A stretch of DNA of 32,804 bases, taken from assembly GCA_910592345.1 (NCBI GenBank), contig CAJVPI010000369.1, positions 1 through 32,804 of the forward strand, read 5' to 3'. The DNA is from Paraglomus brasilianum (lineage: Eukaryota). Numbering within the stretch: position 1 is the first letter of the stretch; the number at the start of each line of letters is the position of its first letter. The notes beneath the pieces were generated by a model. That model did not search any database. It had not been told where the DNA came from and saw only the letters and a program-made list of their open reading frames with translations. This document shows, one piece after another, positions 1 through 10,223 of this stretch. The position numbers and the translations under genes were made by a program.

Positions 1-355
1 ATTTGCACGGTATGCAATGGGAAAGAAAAAACCCCCTTGTGTAAAATTATCATTTGATCCACGTGACAAAAAATCCGGTGATTTATGGTAGGGTAGTGTA
101 TGGTATTACTCTATTTAGAAAGCTGTTGAGTTGAGAGCTGATGCCCCTACTTTGTACGACTTCCAAATTTGATCGGGCATCAAAGCTATTGAGAAGGCCC
201 TATATCAAAGGGATTCTATCCAATAATTTCAATGAACTCATCGTATGATTAGACTACGTTTACAGTCTAACCGTAATGCTAAAAAGCATATGATTACACA
301 AATATCAAAATACAAACATCGAAATACATTTTAACCATAATGCTAAGAATTGTAC

Positions 356-684
356 GGGTTTTCCCGACAATCACTTCCCCGACAGCTCACTTCCCTGACA
401 ATCACTTCCCCGACAGTTCATTTCCCCGACAATCACTTCCCCGACAGTTCATTTCCCCAACAATTCACTTCCCCGACAGTTCATTTCCCCGACAGTTATT
501 TCCCTCGACAGTTCATTTCCCCGACAATTATTTCCCGAAAAATATTCCGATACTAGTCGTTAATGTTTGTCAAAACGTCTAAATTTGCCCACCAGAGTTA
601 TTTTACCTAGCAAAGATAACTTCGAAATGATTGTTAGGGAATAATTGTCGGGGAAATGAACTGTCGGGGAAATGAACCAGACCC
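356..684. mobile_element. Non-autonomous foldback-like element: two inverted arms built from 15/16-bp tandem units
   Basis: Left arm 359-545 has about 12 units of TTCCCCGACA(A/G)(T)TCA(C/T), the first ones alternating 15 and 16 bp. Right arm 625-684 has about 3 copies of the reverse complement (TGAACTGTCGGGGAAA). Termini are GGGT...ACCC. No convincing TSD. ORFs 340-582 and 350-556 are artefacts of the repeat. Confidence 0.7.
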
Positions 685-762
685 ATAAATACTGTCTTCT
701 CTCTTCATCTTGTCACGACATAATTTGCTTCGTTATATAAAAACTATTGTCTACAATCTAAA

Positions 763-1747
763 ATGTCTTCTCAGCAAGTCTTTGTTACTCGCAACGCATT
801 TGATACCATTATTGACCAGTATATTTAGAACATCACGAAAGCAGAAGAGCCAATCTATTTATTACTAGAGCTCTGTATTGAGACCGCCATTCAAATTCTT
901 CTCGATCCTGAAAATGCAAAAATATCAGATAAAAAGACCCGATTTTTGATAAATATCTGACACATTATTTAAAAATTAAATTGATATCTAACAAGGCTTC
1001 TTAAATAATGTACCAATAATCTAGGTCAAAAATAATTTTTACATAGAAGAAAAGGCTGATAAAGAGAACGAATATACTGTATATTTAAAAAAGAGAAGGG
1101 CACAAATATGCATCCTATACGGCCTGATTGCGTTAAAGAAGATTTATAACTAAAATTCACGACAAGCTTAAGCGTACATTTTAGATTAAAGTTTCCCGTT
1201 GGTTCCACAAGATATTGCTGAACGTTTCGTAAGACAATGCGCGCTTTGTTTGACACATAAGAACGTTTTCCAGCTACAGAAGTAAATAAATGGTTAAAAA
1301 TAGTCCGCGATTGGATGGCACAGTTGACTAGCATGAATCAGCAAATGAAATTGCAACATTTAAAGAGAATACCCTACCAAAAGAGAGGTAGTTATGGATA
1401 TTTTACTAAATTCTATTTTATATCCTACCTGATACTAAATCTAAATCATATGCGAATACAGTTGATTGGAAACTCTCAAAAAATTCTACCAGTCTATGAG
1501 AGCTGGGAAACTATTAATGCTCAGTGGGAGACATGGTTTGGACAGCGACAAACGATATCTGGTAAGCTTGCCGAAGACAAAAGTTGAAAAAAATTTGATG
1601 CAAAGTCTAGAGGTATTAGAAGGCCTTCGTGGAAATAATAACTATCCACAACTTATACTCAATTTATGGGACGAGAAGTTTAGAAGGTGGTTGTCAGAAT
1701 TATCAGATTCTGTTGATAAGGTAACAGCATGTCGTCCGCTGCAATAA
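763..1747 (+). pseudogene. Degenerate KRBA2/Ginger-like gene with integrase zinc-binding (H2C2) remnant
   Basis: ATG763 gives MSSQQVFVTRNAFDTIIDQYI*...AIQILLDPENAKISDKKTRF. Then 1022 gives *VKNNFYIEE, ~1120 RPDCVKEDL*, and ~1200 VPQDIAERFVRQCALC (CxxC half of an H2C2 finger). This order resembles the N-terminus of KRBA2-like proteins common in Glomeromycotina. It has several stops and frameshifts and no DDE core is visible. ORF 1466-1747 may be a downstream exon (GTAG..CAG intron ~1388-1461). Confidence 0.55.
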
Positions 1748-2223
1748 TTATGGTAGTCGCACGGTAACTATAACTAAAAGAGTCAACAATTTAGATATAT
1801 GAGAGGCTCGACTTTCCGCTAGATTCTGGGTTTAATCCTTTTATTCATATGTATCAATAAACGAATAACTCTGAAAATACACCTTTGATCGATATAGCTA
1901 TAAACCGCTGGTCCCTATATCGGAAAAGGAACATTTGCTTCTTGTCCCGCGATTATTTTCCAGTCACATATACGATCAATTACGATTATACCCCAACCTA
2001 TAGACTAGACTACCGATTTAATCCCATCGTTATCGGTGATCGACACTGAGATTATGAGTAGAAAAGCCTGGTTAACTGTTATTTTAACTAAAAGTAGGAG
2101 ACGCCTTTGAACTTGGCTAAATCTCTAGAGTCGACGATCGATGGCTCTCCGTTGTTAGAACACAATAATAGATAATTATTTGTGCTTTTCGGCTCTAAAC
2201 GCAAGTGCATTAACGGGTCCCGA

Positions 2224-2243
2224 CACTTAGAGGGGGTTTACTG
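2224..2243 (-). mobile_element. Solo pogo/Tc1-mariner-type terminal inverted repeat
   Basis: CACTTAGAGGGGGTTTACTG followed by TA. Its reverse complement CAGTAAACCCCCTCTAAGTG matches the pogo end at 31554 (CAGTGGACTCTCCCTAAGTG) at 15/20 positions. The partner end was not found. Confidence 0.55.
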
Positions 2244-2379
2244 TATTTAGAACATATGATCGAAGTTCGACAACCAAAGTTCGAAAATTGTTAGTATGAC
2301 TTTATCATGACCAAAATTAAATCTCTCTTCATGAAAAGCATAAGATAAATGCACGTTAATATTGTCAACACTTAGAGTA

Positions 2380-2860
2380 TCACTGTTTGTTTGTGTAGTA
2401 AAGAAAAACGTTTACTATGTGGCAAAAATTGACAATTTTTTTCGATAATCTGCAAGTGTCCACGCCTATCACATCTGGATAATGCTACAAAAACATAATT
2501 CAGGCCTTAAACTCCATCATTGTTTACACGTTAATATGGTGCAATTTTATTACTATATTCAAACAGACACGAAATGCTGGTTAACGTAATCAATGTGTTA
2601 TTCTTACATCAATACTACATTTATATTATCTAATGTCAATTGTAATATTTTTATCAGTATCTTTTTTTACTAAAACCAATAATTTATTTTATAAATGCAG
2701 GCAGGGACGTTTTTGTCATGAAGAATGGCTTGTTTATTACATTTCAAGCAAGTTTCATTATAATAGTATTTATTCGACTATCACATATAATAAAAATTTC
2801 AATTCGTTCTTTCTTTCTTTTTCTTTTCGCTATTATAATTTTCATTATCATTAGCTTATC
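2380..2860 (-). pseudogene. Decayed superfamily-1 helicase C-terminal fragment
   Basis: Across frameshifts the minus strand gives, in order: IEIFIICDSR (motif III-like), FFMTKTSLP (motif IV-like), ITID / LTLDNINVVL (motif V-like, QG missing) and RPE/YVFVALSRC (motif VI-like). Multiple stops; very AT-rich. Confidence 0.35.
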
Positions 2861-3134
2861 ATTTAAATAATATTACAATTATTACTAATATGGATAACAA
2901 TTAGATAAATAATATTAAGTACATTATAACAAATACATTACGAATAACTATTGCTTTCAAACTGGCGTGCCAAGCAGCAAACTTACCTTCCATCTCTATC
3001 AGCTTCAGGGACAGATCCTTCACAAGCAGCCAAGCAATCACCGAATCAGACCCTCAAACTCGCTCCACTCCACCAAGTGTCCCATTGGATCCGTTCACGG
3101 CAAACCGCCAGTGTAGAGAAAAAGGGGAGAGAAA

Positions 3135-3163
3135 GAAAAAGAAAAAGAAAAAGAAAAAGAAAA
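3135..3163 (+). repeat. (GAAAAA)n microsatellite, about 5 copies
   Basis: Read directly from the sequence. Confidence 0.9.
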
Positions 3164-4614
3164 TGGAGTTAGTTTATAACGTAAAGCAAACCTACCCGTC
3201 ATCTAAAAACTGTGTAAAAAAAAAAAGAAGAAAGAAGATGTCGTGACAGTGTTCCGGGCATCCCCCGTGACCCACTTATCAGAGGACCCGTGCCAGATCC
3301 CTTCACCGCAGGCGAGCACTGGTGAGAGTGGGTCACCGGTAACTGCCCGCTGCCCGATCCAGATCCGTGCCCGTCCACCAGTTGAGACAAAAGAGAGCAG
3401 CCACCTAGCTAGCCAGTTTAAAAAGCAATAGTCTGTTAGCGAACGATTATTTATCCACCTAAATAAATTACATCTATTATTTAATTTCTTAATTCTATAT
3501 AGAATTGACGCTGCCTAATACACTGTAGACCTAGCGCAGTGGGAAGAGCGAAATTATGTGTCGGAAATCGAAGAATGTAACGTCTAAGAAATATAATAGA
3601 TATTATTGGGTTGTTTTATGACGCAATTATTTATTTCACTGAAGACAAGAAGATACCTGTTGTTGAAAGACGTCGAATATAAGAACAATTAATAAACTTA
3701 CATAACAATAACAACTTTTGGGGGAGGGAGGATTGTTGCGTTGTATATTAACTTTTCGATAGCGTGTATTTGCGATTTGGAGAAGGAGAGGGTGCTGTGA
3801 GACGATACATGTGAAATGGAGAGAAGCGCTGAGTATATATGTATGAGCAGACGCGTGTTCGCGTGTTAGGGTACCACTTGATAATATTAATTGCTGTCGT
3901 ACGCAACCTTATAAGTATAAATTTCTATCAATAAGGAGTGTGGGAGTTGACTCCCAATAACTAAAAAAGCATAGACTGGTATCGATATATTGCCTAGTGT
4001 AACAAATCATTACATCATATTGTGGCTGTCCCGATTGTTTCCGTGAATAAGAACAATAGTATTAATGTAACATTCGGGAGCACATGCAGTAAAATAATTT
4101 TACTGGTTAAAAGTCCGATAAGTCACGCGTATGAATTTAATTAACTGACAATCGTAATCTATATAGTATAGCGAATGACATTAACCACTGACTAAAGTAC
4201 CCCGGGTACTTTATAATTTGGCACACCCATGGTAACACATTGACAACCCCATAATAAAAACTGTTCATTATGGGTCGCGCTAACAAACCTACGAGACGTT
4301 CTCGTGTAGTCAACAAGAGAAAAACTTGTCATTTATTACTATTATCATCATCATTGAACCAAAGCAGGTGAGAGAGTGGATAAACTCGTACGTATCAATA
4401 TCGTATGTTAATTAATACAGTAATATGAGCTGCTTTGGAGGGTAAGTGCTCTACGGTAATTTAGCACAAAGAAACATGATGGCTGCATCAGTGATACTAT
4501 TATCTAACTGAATAAGTTTTTTTACGTAATATGTTTATAAATAGTGACCATAATAGTTGCTTTTAACTATAACTGCTTGCTTGCTTAATTTTGTATTTAG
4601 ACAACCAATAAGTA

Positions 4615-5100
4615 TAGGTTAGGTATTTGCTCTCTATTGCTCTCAATTATTAGCTCACAACATTGCTGCATTGTCCTCAGAGATATTTATCCACTCCTCT
4701 GCCAAAAAACTTTCTAATTCATCAAGATTTTTTGGCATTCGCCTTGTCCACATTTCTCTTAACAATTCCCCAAAGATATATCTGGGCTGTTAGACGGTCA
4801 GTCCATAAGTTCCGGAACATTCCTTGTGTGGTTTGGGCCGTTCTTTTTAATTTTTTATATTATCATAAATTGTGGAAAGGGGAATATTCGTGCGGCGATA
4901 ATAATAAATTTCTTGGCCATTATGAATGCCCTTGTTCCCAAATTTAATATGGTTTGGCGTTGTGTTTCTTGCTTAGAAGTTGGTTGCAAACAATGCTCAA
5001 AATTATCATGTTTATTTCCCAGTTTACATCTCCCGAATCGGGCAAAAAACAAACGCTTACGTCGCATAAAAAAATATCTGGGTTTTTTTGTTACGCACTG
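4615..5100 (-). mobile_element. Internally deleted Tc1-family (IS630-Tc1-mariner) transposon remnant
   Basis: 5' end on the minus strand is TA+CAGTGCGTAACAAAAAAACC (TA at 5101-5102). The N-terminal HTH remnant from ~4983 (TSKQETQRQTILNL..., RRTNIPLSTIYDNIKKLK) is joined almost directly to the C-terminal remnant (NVPELMD*PSNSPD, LWGIVKRNV, MPKNLDELESFLAEEW, CELIIESNREQIP). That tail matches the Tc1 WPxxSPDLNPIENxW...GxxxxY pattern. The catalytic middle is deleted and the other TIR was not found. Confidence 0.8.
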
Positions 5101-5557
5101 TAAGTCACATCTGCTATGAAATGTAAAAATTCCATAGCTGTTCACTAACTTCACATTGGTCAATCTTCTAGCCACATCAGCCATTTTTAGCATGTGTAGT
5201 CAAATGTTCACTTTGTCTGGATTGTTCCATATTAAAGTTAGACCATCAACCACATGGTATAGTAATACATAAATAAACCCCCACACACAAAAATATATAC
5301 TCCACTTTACAGAGGGGTGAGTCCTGTAAAGTAGCCAATTGTCCAAAAAGCCATAATGAGTAATCTAGCTTTGTGTCTTTACTTTTATCCTTAAGAATTT
5401 CATGCATTATTATTATACTTATATCTTCAAGCTAACTGCTTGCTATGAGAATACATTCTTTCTTTTCATAACCTACACAAATATTAAAAATTAATCATCT
5501 ATTACTATTATGCACAGAGAACTTACATGGAAAATACCACTTGTGAGTTAACACTGC

Positions 5558-7123
5558 TTAGTTATCACATGTTGTATCCCAAACAAGCTTCAGAGCATCT
5601 CTAATGACTTGCTCAAGATATTGTAATGCCTTTTCTTCGCCTTCACATCTCATTAGTCCATATAAATAGTCAACAAATCCGACTTCCATTCGAAAATAAT
5701 TAGTGATTTGCTTGAACATGTCTTCGGTAAAAACTACGGTCATACGACTCAGACGTCCCTCGTTTGCAGTTTGGTATTGTTGGTAAGCAATGTGAGCTAC
5801 TACTAGGCGAAAGTAACTCTTTCGTACAGCTTGCATCTCGTCACAGTTACTCTGAATTAACTTGTTTATGTTGGCGTCTATAATGGGAGGTGGCTGTATT
5901 CGGAGAATACTTTCACTGGCAGCCAGACGAAGTTTATTTCCAACCTTAGCTTTAATTTTTTCTCTATTGTCCTCGCAAACATCCATTGGTTCTGCTTGAC
6001 GACAAAGTCCTTCGGCGTGATTCTGGCTTACTTGCTCGTTCGGTTCACATGGTGCGTGAAACGGCTGGGCTTGAAGGTTGCTTGGATTCTCTGTGGTTTT
6101 GCGACGACGACGACGTTTTTGTTTACTTGGCAAGTCTTTTTTGGTATTGTCCAAAGTTAAACATAAAGAATGCAGTAAGCAATAGCAAATATACAACGAA
6201 CGTTAAACACTAGAAGATTATTACCTGTTTGCATAAGCTGCTCATCAGGAGTTCCCGTAAGGTGCTGACCCTGACTATCGTGAGACAATTTTAGTCTTTT
6301 ACTGAATATATTTTCGATCTTGCAAATCATGATTTATAAAAGAAAATAATCAGGTTAGCATAAAGCAGACATTCAATATCACAAAAGTTTGCAATCAACA
6401 TGCCTCCTTCATCGACTCTGAATGACCAATTGGACGTATTTTAGTTGTACGTAGATTTGTGCAAACTTCTGGGAAAGATCTGTTGTGAGTTACTCTGTCA
6501 GAGAGAACATCATTCTCTTGAACAGGCAGTAGGAAGCGGACTGACTTCCCCTTCCCGGATGACGCTTCACCAACAAAGTTATTTTCGACTGGGAAATATT
6601 TCAGCACATTGGAATTAGCTTCTTGAAGGCCTCTTTCAGAAGGAACGCTACGACTTTGATCCCATAACAAAGGCAACTGGGTTGCTTCATTTTCAGACTC
6701 TATTTCCATGTCAGAGTTTTCTGGGTCGTCTACCTCGTCGTCAGATATTATTATGTAGGAAGTAGTGTCTTCCACATCCTCAATCACTACCGGATTAGTG
6801 CAACTCCCTAGTGGTTGAATAGTATTTGCGGGGAGAGGTTGAATAGTATTTGTGGGGAGTGATTGAATAATATTTGTGGGGAGTGGTTGAATAGTATTTG
6901 CGGGGAGTGGTTGAATGATATTTGTGGGGAGTGGTTGAATAGTATTTGTGGGGAGTGATTGAATAATATTTGTGGGGAGTGGTTGAATAGTATTTGCGGG
7001 GAGTGGTTGAATAATATTTGTGGGGAGTGGTTGAATAATATTTGTGGGGAATGGTTGAATAGTATTTGTGGGAAGTGGTTGAATAATATTTGTGGGGAAT
7101 ATAGGTGCCATAAAGTTATTCAT
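5558..7123 (-). CDS. Hypothetical nuclear protein (~463 aa) with N-terminal octapeptide repeat, SIM-like motifs and basic NLS
   Basis: Exons 7123-6404, 6318-6225 and 6135-5558 (720+94+578=1392 nt, frame-consistent). Intron 1 is GC-AG (GAG|GCATGT, branch GCTAAC); intron 2 is GT-AG. This joins ORFs 6395-7123 and 5558-6196. Motifs: VVIEDVED, IIISDDEVDD, KQKRRRRRK. No recognisable domain. Confidence 0.7.
6809..7096 (-). repeat. Coding 24-bp minisatellite, 12 copies, encoding P(T/A)N(I/T)IQ(P/S)(L/F)
   Basis: Twelve units counted in the translation (aa 10-105). Units 4-7 and 8-11 are identical at the protein level, indicating a 96-bp higher-order duplication. Confidence 0.95.
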
Positions 7124-7323
7124 GTTGCTTACAAAAAATCAAAGCAAAAAATATATGCGACTGTATTTAAAGACGTCAATCGTCAGACGTAACACGGTAT
7201 TATTTGGGAGGGAGGGTCACGCGTTGTCTCAGGTGACACCATATCAATTTATTTGCGAAACAACATAAATAGACGCGTTTTTACTACTTCCACCAATTCT
7301 TATTAGCACCGCGTTTATGGCTA

Positions 7324-7508
7324 CAGTCAACTGCCGATAATTCGACCTTCTTTAATTCGATTTATACGTTAATTTGACCGCTGGTTACAGAACATTTTTT
7401 TGACATCTATTATTATTTCTACTGCAATTAACTGAGATAATTCGACTTGTACGTTAATTCGATCGATAACCTCGGAACGCAAGCGGTCGAATTATAAGCA
7501 GTTGACTG
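7324..7508. mobile_element. 185-bp Tc1/mariner/pogo-type MITE
   Basis: 24-bp TIRs CAGTCAACTGCCGATAATTCGACC / GGTCGAATTATAAGCAGTTGACTG (22/24 match), with TA on both sides (7322-7323, 7509-7510). Internal repeats of TAATTCGA. Confidence 0.92.
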
Positions 7509-7590
7509 TATAACTAATGAGACGCCAGTCAAGATGTCTCACAATCATTTACAAGGTATTGTCGGCATTAGGCACAAATTATTGGAATTA

Positions 7591-7680
7591 TATAGTCGAC
7601 CTTAAATTCGGATTAACGGCGTCTTCGGATTAACGAGTTTTGTTCTCAATAACCCGAACTTGCTATTGATTCGATAATTA
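7591..7680 (+). mobile_element. Possible degenerate MITE left end
   Basis: TATAGTCGACC (decayed TA-CAGTC start) followed by the direct repeat TTCGGATTAACG at 7607 and 7624, the same layout as the other MITE ends here. No right end seen. Confidence 0.3.
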
Positions 7681-7709
7681 TGCAGTTACAACTTAAGTCT
7701 TCATTATTA

Positions 7710-8880
7710 TTTAGTTATTATATCGCAACGTACCCAGAATGGGTTCTATGCGCTTCCATCTGCTAACGTCTGATTATGTCATCTCGCTTTGAGGTGCAAA
7801 AAACTTGTCAATACGTAATTGCCGCTTACTTTGAATTTCAAGTACTTTAACAAGGCGGTGATGGATGTCAAATGCATATTCTTGTCTAATAAATTTTAAA
7901 ATCTTTTCTCGTATTCTTCACACGGCTCTAGTAGTGTTTCAATGCCTGTGTCAATTTCTATAACATTTGGTATTCGGATACATATCCAGAACACTTCAAG
8001 TTTTGGATTTGGTCAATCCGTTGATTGCATAGATTTGTTATGCCTTCATCGAGTTTATTATATCGATGAGTAGTTTTGTACTTAGGTATGATAAACTATT
8101 TGCCAAACTGAGGGGGTTATATCTTTTGAAGCAGTTAATTGTAAGCTATAGATTGCACTAAACTTGGGTTTACCAACTCACGTTTTGGCAAACGGTCTTT
8201 AACCAATGTAAGTGTCATACGCCCACAACTTCTTCCGCGCCGTCCTCGTTCACATTCTAAATCAATTAATTATTTCAGTGATGAGAGCACGCAGTCATCC
8301 AAGGATCTCGCGGATTCCAAAAGCACCTCGTGGTCTATCTCTTTTGAGGAGTCAGCTCCTGGTCTATATTATCTTCAGTATTAGGGAAATTGACTGGTCT
8401 CACTCTTATTATGGGATGCTATGAACTCATCCAGCATTTTCTCCACTTCTGTTGGAAGGATTACTTCATTGAGCTCATGCTTCGTGAGAGCTTCCCGGAC
8501 GTCCTGTGGAAGCCTCTCTGCAATCTTGTCACCACGTTTTGTAAGGTCCAATATTCCTGAGACTAGTGCATCGCTTACTGTATACTGCGCCTTGTGGTTT
8601 ATACCACTTGACGATTGATAACAAATTCGCGATTTCCTCTTCGAGATAGAATTCCACGTCAATGGTTCTTTCTTAAAGATGCTGTGTGCCTATCTGCAAT
8701 TACCAACTCCGCAATTACCAACTCCGCAATTGCTTCAGCCGAGTCTTCGAGGTATGTTAAGGCGTCTTTGGCTGCCCTCTGTGGCTTGTACCAGCGCGTT
8801 ATCGACAGCAAGTCTGCTGGTAAGTTGATGCCGCAGAACATGCACGCTTGTATAGCGAAGAAGCTCTATAAATGTTAGGT
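7710..8880 (-). pseudogene. Fragmented gene of unknown family
   Basis: Consecutive protein-like frames (8659-8841, 8381-8662, then HEVLLESARSLDD, KDRLPKRELV, KLLIDIINSMKA, VFWICIRIPNVIEID, RIREKILKFIRQEYAF) broken by stops and frameshifts. A 15-bp tandem duplication lies at 8696-8725 (AELVI x2). Resemblance to expanded early-fungal nuclease-fold families is weak. Confidence 0.5.
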
Positions 8881-10223
8881 CTATCCTTCCGTGACGACCA
8901 CTGCAATTTTTGCGGCGCAATATATGCAATTGCAAGGATTTTATGATTAGCAGAACTCTAGTAGCTGCTAATAACAATTGATAGCACCGTAGAGCATATA
9001 ATCTACGATCCCCCTTCTTGCATGGTCAACAGTTTATGTTCCCCCGTAGGACCGAAATAACTGACTCATTGTCAGAATTAACGGATTCGAAAAGCATTTT
9101 TGAAGAGTGAGTGGCAGCAAAGTGGATACGGATTGTTAGTGCCACCTCTCTTGATATTGGGGTTTATTTGTAAGTCTTGCTGGGCAGATTATGGTCTGAT
9201 ACTTGGTTCTCTAATCATCAATCTTTAGTCAGAAACAATATAAAGATGCATGTATCCCAGCTCCAAAGACTAATGACAAGTTTGGCGCGCACAATAATGT
9301 TCTCGCACCACATCAATTCCCGATAGGGAAAGATTGTATCAATTTTGGGAATGAAGATTCGTCAATATAAGGCTAGCTCTCTCTTTTTATGGGTTATACA
9401 GTTTATATTGCAATTCAAAAGAAACCATTTGAATGATCACAAAACCAATTATATTGTTACTCATGATTGAAATATATGCTATTACTATTTGCATTAGTAT
9501 GTACTAGTGAATGACTGAATTTTGATCGAAATGACAGCAGTCGTTCACCAGTTCGAGGGCAATCAGGTGCATGAGGAGAATAAAACAAATATAGAGAAAA
9601 ATGGAGGCAGAATAACAAAACGTTAAATATAAAGAATCACAAGTTAACTTGAGAATCCGCTATGCTCCTTGCATGCGCTCGAACAATAAATAATTATGTA
9701 CGCAACTCTGAAAAATTCCAAAAAAACAAAACAAAAAAACACCAAACCCTATTTGACAATAAATTTGAATTGAATGGATGAATTATTTACTGTAGTGGCA
9801 ATATTAGTGCATTAAAGCAGCGTACTTGTGAAAAGTTTAAATGTGTTTGGTCATGCTCCGCCTTTTTGCCATATTAAATAGCTACACATCAAAATGAAAA
9901 GAGGATATTGATGGATATGAAATGAGAATCGATATTGAATGATGTGAGAAATGTGTATTTGTCTGCAATTGAAAATGCAGGAAAGATATGATTAGAAATA
10001 TTAAAAAGAAGGTGTGACGGGGAGCATTCACCAATAATTACAAAGGTCGGCTTCATGATACAACTCAAAAAGCCGCCCGTTGCAGTAATTGAAAGTCGCT
10101 TAACTCAATCACTAACATGCACTTTGAAATGTCAAGCAGGAATTTCTCTTGACCCCAAACCCAAAATACAAAGTCCCAAGTGTCCTTACACAACACAAAA
10201 TTTTTTTTTTCTTTTTGCCCTGA

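Noticed and set aside
359..545. CRISPR-like repeat array
   Set aside because: Units are directly adjacent with no unique spacers, there are no cas genes, the context is eukaryotic, and an inverted copy nearby indicates a transposon arm.
2124..2135. TCTAGAGTCGAC (XbaI-SalI, as in the pUC polylinker)
   Set aside because: The flanks lack the adjoining BamHI and PstI sites; a 12-bp match alone does not show vector contamination.
711..3248. 11-bp inverted repeat TGTCACGACAT (711) / ATGTCGTGACA (3238) as TIRs of a 2.5-kb Ginger element
   Set aside because: The match does not extend convincingly, flanks ATCT / GTGT give no TSD, and CGTGACA-like words recur elsewhere in the window.
3528..3550. tRNA/SINE-like A-box TAGCGCAGTGG..AGAGCG
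   Set aside because: No B-box (GTTCRA) and no cloverleaf pairing downstream.
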